Shown here in pieces: positions 1 through 8,688 of a stretch of 53,419 nucleotides of DNA. The notes beneath the pieces are model-generated. The model was not told where the DNA came from. It searched no databases and saw only the letters and a list, made by a program, of their open reading frames with translations. The position numbers were made by a program, and so were the translations under genes. The stretch is taken from the sequence record SRR20825019_2071. One strand, given 5' to 3'. The stretch's first letter is position 1. Each line of letters starts with the position of its first letter.

Positions 1-36
1 TGAATCCAGCGCGTCTACCAGTTCCGCCACCGAGGC
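1..36 (-). tRNA. tRNA-Leu, 5' half only (truncated by the window edge); anticodon begins CA (CAA or CAG)
   Basis: The reverse complement reads GCCTCGGTGGCGGAACTGGTAGACGCGCTGGATTCA: acceptor strand, the Leu-type D-arm GGCGGAAnTGGTAGACGCG, anticodon stem CTGGA and loop TT-CA.. Confidence 0.9.
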
Positions 37-54
37 ATTTGGAATTGGTGGCTG

Positions 55-62
55 CAAAGGTA
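55..62 (-). promoter_or_regulatory. Bacteroidota sigma-A -7 element (TACCTTTG) for the tRNA-Leu
   Basis: Exact TAnnTTTG match 18 nt upstream of the tRNA 5' end. Confidence 0.7.
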
Positions 63-150
63 GCTATTTTATCGAATCTACAAATAGTTGAGGCAAATTA
101 TTTGTTGTTTAGGAATTCAAACCGTTGATTTTGGCTAACATTGTGATGAA

Positions 151-1383
151 ATGGGAAAAGTACTGATCAAAAATATTAAAGGACTCGTTCAATACGGTGA
201 AAATTTACCTGCTATCAGAAAAGGCGCTGAGATGAAACATCTGCCAATTCTAGAAAATGCCTTTTTGGCTATTGAAGACGGGATTATTGTGGCTTATGGA
301 TCTATGGAAGATTGGGGAGGAATCACCGATTGGAGAGAACTAGAAGTAATTGACGCAGACGGAAAATTTGTACTTCCAGCGTTTTGCGATTCACACACAC
401 ATACCGTTTTTGCCAAAAGCAGAGAGGAAGAATTTGTGGATCGAATAAATGGACTTTCGTACGAAGAGGTTGCGCTCAAAGGTGGTGGGATTTTAAATTC
501 AGCGCGTCGACTGCAAGAAATGAGCGAGGACGAACTCTTCGATCAAGCAATGAAACGCATTGATTTGTTGAAATCGTATGGAACGGGCGCACTTGAAATT
601 AAATCTGGTTATGGACTCACAGTAGATGCCGAACTAAAAATGCTTCGCGTAATCAAACGATTGAAAGAAAAAGCGGGAATCGCCATCAAAGCAACTTTTT
701 TAGGAGCGCACGCTTTTCCTCCAGAATTTAAAGAAAATCACCAAGGCTACATCAATCAGATTATTGATGAAATGTTACCCATAATAAAGAAAGAGCAATT
801 AGCTGATTATATCGACGTGTTTTGCGAGCGAAATTATTTTTCAGTGGAAGAAATGGAGCAAATTCTAAGCGCTGGTATCGCTATTGGACTCAAACCCAAG
901 GTGCACGTCAATCAGTTTTCTGCGATGGGCGGAATTGCAAAGGCCGTGGAATTAAATGCACTGTCTGTGGATCATTTGGAAGAGCTGGCGGAAGAAGACA
1001 TTGCAGCGTTGAAAGATTCGAACACCATGCCGACCATTTTGCCTAGCTGCTCTCATTTTTTATCGATTCCCTTCGGAGACGCAAGGAGATTGATGGAAAA
1101 CGATTTACCAGTCGCGCTCGCAAGTGATTTTAATCCTGGATCTACGCCGAGTGGAAACCTGAGTTTTGTTTGGTCACTCGCGTGTGTGAAAATGAAAATG
1201 ACACCCGAAGAAGCATTGAACGCACTTACAATTAACGCGGCGTATGCAATGGAACTCTCCGAAACGCACGGAACGATTTCTCTTGGAAAAAGTACTCCAG
1301 TCATCATCACAAAAGAAATACCTAGCTTAGCATACATTCCGTATGCGTTCGGGGATCAGTTGATCGAACGAATTATTGGCTAA
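151..1383 (+). CDS. hutI: Imidazolonepropionase (amidohydrolase superfamily)
   Basis: DSHTH metal motif, EIKSGYGL, DVFCE, KVHVNQF, SVDHLE, LASDFNPGS. Confidence 0.95.
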   Translation: MGKVLIKNIKGLVQYGENLPAIRKGAEMKHLPILENAFLAIEDGIIVAYGSMEDWGGITDWRELEVIDADGKFVLPAFCDSHTHTVFAKSREEEFVDRINGLSYEEVALKGGGILNSARRLQEMSEDELFDQAMKRIDLLKSYGTGALEIKSGYGLTVDAELKMLRVIKRLKEKAGIAIKATFLGAHAFPPEFKENHQGYINQIIDEMLPIIKKEQLADYIDVFCERNYFSVEEMEQILSAGIAIGLKPKVHVNQFSAMGGIAKAVELNALSVDHLEELAEEDIAALKDSNTMPTILPSCSHFLSIPFGDARRLMENDLPVALASDFNPGSTPSGNLSFVWSLACVKMKMTPEEALNALTINAAYAMELSETHGTISLGKSTPVIITKEIPSLAYIPYAFGDQLIERIIG

Positions 1384-1406
1384 ATTTTTGTTTACTCGAA
1401 TTTACT

Positions 1407-2630
1407 ATGTATAAATACCTCGTGATCTTATTTTTAGCGCAGTCGATGCACGCGCAAACGATCAATGAAAATCATGAATTGCTTTGGGAAATTTCTGGAA
1501 ATGGACTCTCGAAAAAATCGTACTTGTTTGGAAGTTTTCACTCAAACGATAGAAGATTGTTTAATTGGACAGATTCAACGTACATCGCGTTGGGTAATTC
1601 GGAGGGAATAGCACTTGAAACGGATGTTTTTAGTTTATTCGACGAATACGATACCCGCCAAGGAGAAGTTTATCTTAAATATGACAGCCAAGGAAAACCA
1701 TATTCCGCGAATCCAGAGGCAACGCTTACTTCTTATGGCGATGAAGATGGAATGCCTCAGTTTTTGGACGCATACTTGCAACAGTATTGCTTAAATGCGG
1801 GAAAAGCGTTTCATCCTTTGGAGAGCGTTGACCTACAATTGGATGTGTTTGGAAATATAACGCTCCCGAGTTTGTCTGAAATGCGACTTGAGGCCTTGCT
1901 CGTTTCTAGAGAAGATTTGATTGAAACATACCTCAAAGGAGATATCTATGGATTAGATGAATTTTTAAAATTAAACCTGTCGCTTTCGGAAGGGTTGTAT
2001 GAATCTCTAATTATTGAGAGAAATTTTGGAATGACGAACCGATTAGATTCCATTCTGAAAACAAATCAATCTATATTTTGTGCAGTTGGTGGAGGTCACC
2101 TAGCTGGTGGAGGAGGAATGATTAATCTTCTTAGAAGTAAAGGATATAAAGTAAGAAGAGTAGAGGCGACTTGGAGCGATCAGGTTAGTTTGGAAAAGGT
2201 TCAAATCAAAACGGCGAGCTATTACACCTATGAAAACGACACACTTGGATTTAGCGCACAATTCCCAGGGAAACCACAAAGTGTAGTAGAAACATGGGAC
2301 GGAAGTGTGGCTAGACTGATTTACAGAGATTTTGGACAAGGAAACACTTACACGATTGAAGTGTATGAATTGGATCGTGAATTGGGACTGGAAGATTTCG
2401 CGGAAGTGTACATTGCAAGTCCGTCAAATAGCCCTGCAAGAAAAGTAAAACTGAGCAACGGTGGAGAAGGATATGAAGGAATTTCTGACGCATACCCCGA
2501 AGGTTCATCTTGGACAAGAGTGGTCATGGGACAAGATTATTTACTCGTGCTAAAAGCATACGGAGGAAATAAATTTATGAACTCGCCGAGAGCTAAGCGT
2601 TTCTTCGACAACGTTTCGTTTATGCATTAA
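1407..2630 (+). CDS. TraB/GumN family protein with signal peptide and C-terminal extension
   Basis: LLWEISGNGL..KSYLFGSFH start; ERNF..M and FCAVGGGHLAG...INLLRSKGYKV motifs. Confidence 0.8.
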   Translation: MYKYLVILFLAQSMHAQTINENHELLWEISGNGLSKKSYLFGSFHSNDRRLFNWTDSTYIALGNSEGIALETDVFSLFDEYDTRQGEVYLKYDSQGKPYSANPEATLTSYGDEDGMPQFLDAYLQQYCLNAGKAFHPLESVDLQLDVFGNITLPSLSEMRLEALLVSREDLIETYLKGDIYGLDEFLKLNLSLSEGLYESLIIERNFGMTNRLDSILKTNQSIFCAVGGGHLAGGGGMINLLRSKGYKVRRVEATWSDQVSLEKVQIKTASYYTYENDTLGFSAQFPGKPQSVVETWDGSVARLIYRDFGQGNTYTIEVYELDRELGLEDFAEVYIASPSNSPARKVKLSNGGEGYEGISDAYPEGSSWTRVVMGQDYLLVLKAYGGNKFMNSPRAKRFFDNVSFMH

Positions 2631-2637
2631 GGAATTT

Positions 2638-2737
2638 GTTGCACGGATAGAATATCCGCGCTAACAAATAAAATATCGCGCTAATTGAGTTATCGCGGAT
2701 ATTCTATCCGTGATAACGAACACTCTACCGTGATAAC
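2638..2737. repeat. REP-like palindromic doublet (two inverted hairpin units plus two degenerate half copies)
   Basis: CACGGATAGAATATCCGCG (2642-2660) is the exact reverse complement of CGCGGATATTCTATCCGTG (2694-2712). Each unit is itself a hairpin with a GAA/TTC loop. A third copy lies at 53356-53376. Confidence 0.8.
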
Positions 2738-2817
2738 ACCAAAGCCACACCTTTTCGCAAAACTCAGTCTTTTTTCACGATAAATAATACTATTTCGTAT
2801 CTTCGAAAGAAAAAAGA

Positions 2818-3939
2818 ATGATTCCAAGGATTCAAAAAGAGCAGCTAACACAAAAGCTCAAAGAACATAAATTGATCTTGCTTTCCGGACCTAAAAATGC
2901 AGGTAAAATGGAATTGCTCCAAGAGGTGATCGGAGAACTCGGTTGGACTTCAAACACAGTAGATTGTCATGTGAAGAAAACGAGATCGGGTATCGACGAA
3001 GACTTTTCCATACTTAAATCTGACGCGCAAGTGTTGGTGCTAAACGAAGCACAGCACCTCGAATCATTACAAGAAATTCTTGAGGCGATTCTTTCAAATG
3101 AAATTACTTCCACAACCGTTGTTGCTTGTTCTTTTACTCCGCAAGTGGATGAGATTTTGCTCGAAGCGCTAAGAATGCAAGGACTCGAAATCGTTCTTTT
3201 TGCGCCATCTTTTTATGAATCAGCACAGCATTTTGGACTTCCACAAGAAGAAAAACTCTTGGAAGAGCGGTTGATTTATGGGAACTATCCTCAAGTGTTG
3301 GAAGATTTGGAACATGCCGAACTTACATTGCGCGAACTAATTCAAGAAGTGCTCTACACCAAATTAGGAGCTGCAGATCGAATCAATAAAGGAGATAAAA
3401 TGATGCGCGTCTTGCAAATTCTTGCGTTTCATATCGGTGATGCCGTTTCGTACAACGATATCGCGGAGAGAAGCGGATTGGATAATGAAACCGTGGAGCG
3501 ATACATTGATTTACTTGAACAAGCATTTATTCTAATAAAGCTTCCATCATTTCATACAGAAAAGCGTTACGAGCTCAAAAAAACGCACATGATTTATTTC
3601 GTCGACAATGGAATTAGAAATGCGTTGATCAGCAATTTTAATCCAACGTTTTTGCGGAATGATATGAATGAACTGTGGAGAAATTATTTGATCGCAGAGC
3701 GGATTAAATGGATCCGCATGAACAACCTAGAGAAAGGCGTTTATTTCTGGAAAACGCATACAAAGCAGCAATTGGATTTCGTCGAAGTGGAGAATGGAAC
3801 AATCGTATCATACAAAACCGATTGGGAAAAACGTAAGAAAGTTAAGTTTCCAAATTTATTCGAAACCTATTATCCTAAGGCTAAAATGAGTGTTCTCAAT
3901 CGATCCACTTACTGGAGTTTTTTAACGCGAAAAAATTAA
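2818..3939 (+). CDS. AAA+ (AAA_14-type)/DUF4143 family protein with degenerate catalytic motifs
   Basis: GPKNAGKM P-loop, VLNEAQ Walker B, LIYGNYP, wHTH (YNDIAERSGLDNETVERYIDLLE), YFVDNGIRNALI, YFWKT. Confidence 0.8.
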   Translation: MIPRIQKEQLTQKLKEHKLILLSGPKNAGKMELLQEVIGELGWTSNTVDCHVKKTRSGIDEDFSILKSDAQVLVLNEAQHLESLQEILEAILSNEITSTTVVACSFTPQVDEILLEALRMQGLEIVLFAPSFYESAQHFGLPQEEKLLEERLIYGNYPQVLEDLEHAELTLRELIQEVLYTKLGAADRINKGDKMMRVLQILAFHIGDAVSYNDIAERSGLDNETVERYIDLLEQAFILIKLPSFHTEKRYELKKTHMIYFVDNGIRNALISNFNPTFLRNDMNELWRNYLIAERIKWIRMNNLEKGVYFWKTHTKQQLDFVEVENGTIVSYKTDWEKRKKVKFPNLFETYYPKAKMSVLNRSTYWSFLTRKN

Positions 3940-6756
3940 TTGATGACCTTTGTTGATCGAATAGCCGAATACATTCACGAACAGGAATTGCCATTGGAGA
4001 ATCTCACGATTGTCCTTCCTTCTGAACGTGCGAAAAAGTATATCGCGGAGGCACTGTACCGCGTATATCAACGGCCTATTTTTGCTCCAGAAATGGTGAC
4101 AATCGATCGCTGGGTGAAAAGTTATAGTTCTCACGGAGTGATCGATAATACAAGAGCACTTCTAAAACTCTTTGAAATTCAATTAAATTCTGCGAAAACT
4201 GAAGTCGATGAGTCATTTGATGAGTTTTTGTCATGGGGAATTACCTTGCTTTCCGATTTTAATGAGATCGATCGCTACTTACTCGATGCAAAGCAGGTTT
4301 TTAGAAATCTAGCAGACATTAAGGAAATTGAAAACTGGAGTTTTGGGGAAGAAAAACTTTCGGAGAGTCAACAACGTTTCATGGAATTTTGGGATCGCCT
4401 TCCAGGTTATTATTATTCTTTAAATGAATTACTCACGAAGAAAGATACGTGCTATGCGGGGAGAGCATTTCGCGAATTGGCAACCAATCTTAATCGCCTT
4501 TTTGAAAACAAACAAGCTATCTATTTATTTGCGGGATTTAATGCACTTTCCAAATCTGAGTTGAGCATTATCAAGCAATTGGATCAACTCGGTCGAGCGC
4601 ACGTTTTGATGGATGCAGACGCCTATTATTATAGAGATTCTGTCCACGAAGCAGGGAAGTTTTTACGCGCTCTTTCAAAAGAACTGGATGGAAAAAAATT
4701 GCCGTTTGTCTACGATGAACTTTCGACTAAAAAGATGAATGTTCAACTGATTTCATGTGCCCAAAAAACGGGTCAAGCGAAAGTTGCAGCAACCGTTCTC
4801 GAAGGTTTATCGAAAGAAGAAATGAATGAAACACTGCTATTATTAGCAGATGAATCGTTGATCAATTCGGTAATCAAAAATCTTCCCAAAAACGTAGGTA
4901 AGGCGAACATCACGCTTGGACTTCCCATTCGAAATACGGCGGTGCGAACGTGGGTAGAAATTCTTTTTTCGATTCAAGAAAATGCTAAAAGATTCAAAAC
5001 CAACGCGACTTATTTCTACGACCTTCAGGCTTTTTGGAATCATCCGTTTATCCTAGCGGCATTGGATGAAAAAGAGAAGAAAAAGATGCTTCAATTGGAG
5101 CGCGATTTGATTAAACGAAATGCCATTTTTGTAAAACACGATAAATTAGATTTAGGTGAAGGCGCCATGGAGTTGCTCACGAATTTAATGGTGCAATGGT
5201 CTGATTGGACAATCGCCATGACGCAAATTCGTTCCTTAAACCGACTCATTTATCAACAATTAGATTCTTCTTTTGCTTTTGAAAAAGCAGCCTTGGAAGC
5301 GTTCGATTTCTCGTTAATTGATTTTGAAAACATTCTCACCGAAGGAATTCCAACGATGAGCCTTAAAAGTTTCAAGCAACTCTTCAATCAACACTGGGGT
5401 ATGAAAAGTATTGCCTACCACGGAAATCCATTGGATGGACTTCAAATAATGGGATTGCTGGAAACAAGAGCACTCGATTTTAAACGCATTATTTGTGTAG
5501 GAATGAACGAAGGACAACTTCCGCCAACCAATCCTGTCCAAACAATGATTCCGATTGATTTAAGGCGATACCTCGGTTTGCCAACTCCGCGAGAAAAGCA
5601 AGGGTTATTTGCACATCATTTTTACCGTTTGCTGCATCATTGCGAGGATTTAATTGTAACGTATTGCAGCGCCGATGAAACCATAGGAAGTAATGAACCG
5701 AGTCGCTATTTAATGCAGATGGAAATGGAATTGAGTCGTCTAAACCGAAGTATTTCCATCGAAAAAATGGTGTATTCGCTGGAGATGAATCAGCAAAAAT
5801 CCTACAAAGAAATTCAGAAAAGTCCAGAGATTTTGGAGCGAATGGATCAGTTGTTTGAACAGTCAACTTCGGCGTCGATGCTCAAGAAATACATAAGCTG
5901 TCCACTCGATTTTTACTTTCGCTATGTGATGGAATTCGGTGAAGAAGAAAGCATAGAAGAGGACATTGAGCACAGCACTTTCGGAACATTCATCCACGAT
6001 ACGCTCGAAGAATTGTACACGCCTTTTGCGCGCTTCGATAAGCACGGAACGAAGGTAGAACCAGCACCTTCAAATATCACTTCGCTCGACATCGACCGAA
6101 TGATCGCTAACTTTAGAGTGGTGCTCACAAATCAGTTTTTAAGACACTTTAACAACGATAAGAACGCCTTTACCAAGGGGAAAAACTTACTGTCCTATAA
6201 AATGGCGCAAGAACTCACCGAGCGATTTTTAAAGTCTGAAAAGGCGTTTTTAGAGAAGCAGAGCGAACCAGTGTTTATCGAAGCGCTGGAACGCGAATAT
6301 TCTTCCGAAATTGAAGTAAGTGTAAACGGAACAATGAAGAAAGTACTCCTTCGAGGATTCATTGACCGTATCGATAGCATTGGGGATCGGATTCGCATTG
6401 TAGATTACAAAACGGGGAAAGTGAATGATGATGATGTGAAGTTTAAGTCTCGCGGAACTGATCCTGAAGAATTGATTCTAGATAGTCTCAAAAGCCGAAA
6501 GCATACACTTCAATTATTGATGTACTCATTTTTGTACCAGCAAAAACACTCCGTTTTGGCGGAAGCGTACATTATTTCGTTTGTCTCGCGTGAGAATGAG
6601 CCATTTGGACTAGACACAGGTGGGTTGCTAATAAATGAATTAGTAACTGATTTTCCAAAATGGATTGGTAAAGTGCTGGAAGAAATTTACGACGAGGAAG
6701 TTCCGTTTAAACACAATGATGCACAATATTTTAGCTATTGCGATTACTGCGAGTAA
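3940..6756 (+). CDS. AddB/RexB-like protein: inactive helicase-like body plus C-terminal PD-(D/E)XK nuclease (start TTG 3940 or ATG 3943)
   Basis: IVLPSERA, GLQIMGLLETRALDF, FYRLL, EPSRY, CPLDFYFRY, LRGFIDRID...IVDYKTG, terminal CDYC. Confidence 0.85.
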   Translation: MMTFVDRIAEYIHEQELPLENLTIVLPSERAKKYIAEALYRVYQRPIFAPEMVTIDRWVKSYSSHGVIDNTRALLKLFEIQLNSAKTEVDESFDEFLSWGITLLSDFNEIDRYLLDAKQVFRNLADIKEIENWSFGEEKLSESQQRFMEFWDRLPGYYYSLNELLTKKDTCYAGRAFRELATNLNRLFENKQAIYLFAGFNALSKSELSIIKQLDQLGRAHVLMDADAYYYRDSVHEAGKFLRALSKELDGKKLPFVYDELSTKKMNVQLISCAQKTGQAKVAATVLEGLSKEEMNETLLLLADESLINSVIKNLPKNVGKANITLGLPIRNTAVRTWVEILFSIQENAKRFKTNATYFYDLQAFWNHPFILAALDEKEKKKMLQLERDLIKRNAIFVKHDKLDLGEGAMELLTNLMVQWSDWTIAMTQIRSLNRLIYQQLDSSFAFEKAALEAFDFSLIDFENILTEGIPTMSLKSFKQLFNQHWGMKSIAYHGNPLDGLQIMGLLETRALDFKRIICVGMNEGQLPPTNPVQTMIPIDLRRYLGLPTPREKQGLFAHHFYRLLHHCEDLIVTYCSADETIGSNEPSRYLMQMEMELSRLNRSISIEKMVYSLEMNQQKSYKEIQKSPEILERMDQLFEQSTSASMLKKYISCPLDFYFRYVMEFGEEESIEEDIEHSTFGTFIHDTLEELYTPFARFDKHGTKVEPAPSNITSLDIDRMIANFRVVLTNQFLRHFNNDKNAFTKGKNLLSYKMAQELTERFLKSEKAFLEKQSEPVFIEALEREYSSEIEVSVNGTMKKVLLRGFIDRIDSIGDRIRIVDYKTGKVNDDDVKFKSRGTDPEELILDSLKSRKHTLQLLMYSFLYQQKHSVLAEAYIISFVSRENEPFGLDTGGLLINELVTDFPKWIGKVLEEIYDEEVPFKHNDAQYFSYCDYCE

Positions 6757-6786
6757 TCATTAAATGCATAAGTTGATTTCGGTTTG

Positions 6787-7209
6787 TTATCCTGCCGCAT
6801 CAATATGATACAACTTCCAAGAATCAGTTTCTTTTTTGAACGAAAGAATTGTGGCACTTTCGAACTCCCCATCTTCTGTAACCGTTGTTGTAAGAACAAC
6901 GAGCATGTACGCCGTAATTCCTTCATCATTCACAACTACCTGAAAATCTTTGGGAGATTGTTTACGAAGATCTTCGATTACGTCGTCTGTGAAAATATCT
7001 GTCATTGAAGTGCGAAACTCTTCAGAGGAGAGTTTTCCATAAAACGTATTCAGTGGAAAAACAGTCTGATTCAGCATCATTTCATGGTTTTCCTCAATAA
7101 TTGCTGTGATATTCGTTTCCCAAAGAAATTGGGCTTCAACGGAGTCAACTTCCTGACCAATGGACCAACTAGAAACCAAAAGTAGGAGGGTGAGTATTAG
7201 TATTTTCAT
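6787..7209 (-). CDS. Hypothetical secreted protein
   Basis: 140-aa ORF with an N-terminal signal peptide; TATCTTTA promoter-like element upstream. Confidence 0.75.
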   Translation of the reverse strand: MKILILTLLLLVSSWSIGQEVDSVEAQFLWETNITAIIEENHEMMLNQTVFPLNTFYGKLSSEEFRTSMTDIFTDDVIEDLRKQSPKDFQVVVNDEGITAYMLVVLTTTVTEDGEFESATILSFKKETDSWKLYHIDAAG

Positions 7210-7242
7210 AGTGAGAGTTTCTATAAAGATACGAATGGGAAT

Positions 7243-7301
7243 AAAAAAACCTGAAAAGAACTTAGAAGATTATTAAATCTGAGGTAGAAGTTCTTTTCAG
7301 G
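7243..7301 (-). terminator. Long-stem intrinsic terminator closing a small intergenic transcript
   Basis: 14-bp perfect inverted repeat CCTGAAAAGAACTT (7250-7263)/AAGTTCTTTTCAGG (7288-7301), followed by T7 on the minus strand. Confidence 0.65.
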
Positions 7302-7350
7302 CACCTGCAAGGAAAATAAAACCAAATATTGAACAAACCAGAATGTTCAT
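7297..7350 (-). other. Candidate small ORF (MNILVCSIFGFIFLAGA, 17 aa) or sRNA body
   Basis: ATG..TGA in frame between an ECF-like promoter and a terminator; translation not demonstrated. Confidence 0.3.
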
Positions 7351-7400
7351 ATTCAACTTAAAGACGAAGGGGTTAGTGAAAAGGTTGGTAAAAAAGTAAA

Positions 7401-7434
7401 AAAAAATCCCGATGTTGAATTAACAACATCGGGA
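7401..7434 (-). terminator. Intrinsic terminator of 7460..7819
   Basis: TCCCGATGTTG/CAACATCGGGA 11-bp stem followed by a T tract on the minus strand. Confidence 0.85.
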
Positions 7435-7459
7435 CAATCTCTTGAAACGCCTATTAAAT

Positions 7460-7819
7460 CTAGTAAAGCTCTAGTTTTAAAGCGGTTCTATAATCTTTAA
7501 TTTCTTCTCGATTAATTTTATGATCTGCCTTTAAAAGAAGATTCAATAGGTAAAGAAGGTTCTCATTTGCTTCAATTTCTATTGGATATTCATTCTCTTC
7601 TTCGTCTTCTTCAAACTGTGCCTGAACGTCAAAAGATTTGCTTTCTAGCAAAAATTCGTAAGACAAACGCAAGACTTTAGTAACCAAAGGATCTTGTTCT
7701 TTTAGGGCATATTCTCTCAACTCTTTCAAGTCTTCGATTAAGTTTTTCGCCTCAACCCCGTCTTTCTCGACGTTTTTGATTATGCTCTCTAATTTTTTAT
7801 TTGCTGCTGCAAGTTTCAT
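7460..7819 (-). CDS. Conserved-looking acidic helical hypothetical protein
   Basis: 119-aa ORF with its own terminator and an upstream TACATTTG promoter; LKELREYALKEQDPLVTKVLRL motif. Confidence 0.8.
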   Translation of the reverse strand: MKLAAANKKLESIIKNVEKDGVEAKNLIEDLKELREYALKEQDPLVTKVLRLSYEFLLESKSFDVQAQFEEDEEENEYPIEIEANENLLYLLNLLLKADHKINREEIKDYRTALKLELY

Positions 7820-7975
7820 AGCTCAAGAAAATAATTGTCACGCTAAAACGCGTCTAGTTCTAAAATCTTCCTGCAAATGTACACATCTTACACGAAAATC
7901 ATGCGTTTGCTAAAAAAACATTAAATTTTTTTTAATGTTTGAAATGTTATTTTTGTACAACTAATATCGCAAGAC

Positions 7976-8629
7976 TTGATCGAACTAGTATTAAAGGGGA
8001 TTGTAACAGGCTTCATCCTGAGTATCATGATTGGCCCCGTTTTTTTTGTTCTGCTAGAAACCAGTATTCGGAAAGGAATTCGTGCCGCTTTGGCATTCGA
8101 CCTTGGAGTACTTATTAGTGATGTAGTGTATATAGTGATCGCCTATATCTTTTACAAAGAGGTGGAAGATCTTTCTAACGGGAGTGATAATCACATTATT
8201 CGTCTCATCGGAGGAGCTCTATTTACCATTTATGGAATCTACAATTTCTTTAAAAAAGTAAAAGCCATTAACGTTAAAGGTGATTTAAGAGATGTGGCGA
8301 ATGCAAAGGATTATATCTTGCTAGGACTAAAAGGATTCATTCTCAATATCGCAAATCCACTCGTTATTTTTTATTGGTTTAGTGTTATGGCTCTGGGAGC
8401 TTCACACTCGAAAGCTGATAGTTCTTCATGGACAATTTTCTTGTTTTTAATCTGCATCCTTGTTACATTCTTTTCAGTAGATCTATTAAAAATATTTGGA
8501 GCCAAACGTTTACGTCCGCTTGTTACCACTAACTTATTGGTAGGACTTAATAGACTAATAGGAATCGTTTTTCTTGGATTTGGCGTTTTTCTTATTATTC
8601 AAGGAATTATTGGAATGACTGTTGGATAA
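7976..8629 (+). CDS. LysE family translocator
   Basis: IGPVFFVLLETSIRKG and GFILNIANPLVIFYW motifs; ~6 hydrophobic segments. Confidence 0.88.
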   Translation: MIELVLKGIVTGFILSIMIGPVFFVLLETSIRKGIRAALAFDLGVLISDVVYIVIAYIFYKEVEDLSNGSDNHIIRLIGGALFTIYGIYNFFKKVKAINVKGDLRDVANAKDYILLGLKGFILNIANPLVIFYWFSVMALGASHSKADSSSWTIFLFLICILVTFFSVDLLKIFGAKRLRPLVTTNLLVGLNRLIGIVFLGFGVFLIIQGIIGMTVG

Positions 8630-8688
8630 AATAAAGCCAACGAATAGAGTAACATTCGCTCGTTAATCAGTTATATAAATAAATATCA

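Noticed and set aside
1-150. tRNA-Leu as the attachment site of a genomic island
   Set aside because: Only the 5' side of the tRNA is in the window; there is no integrase, att duplication or evident compositional break
2635-2740. Mini CRISPR array
   Set aside because: The units are inverted rather than direct, there are no regular spacers and no cas genes
2818-6756. ATPase plus nuclease anti-phage defence system
   Set aside because: The nuclease has the housekeeping AddB-like architecture, the ATPase motifs are degenerate and the context is core genome; kept only as a pseudoenzyme finding
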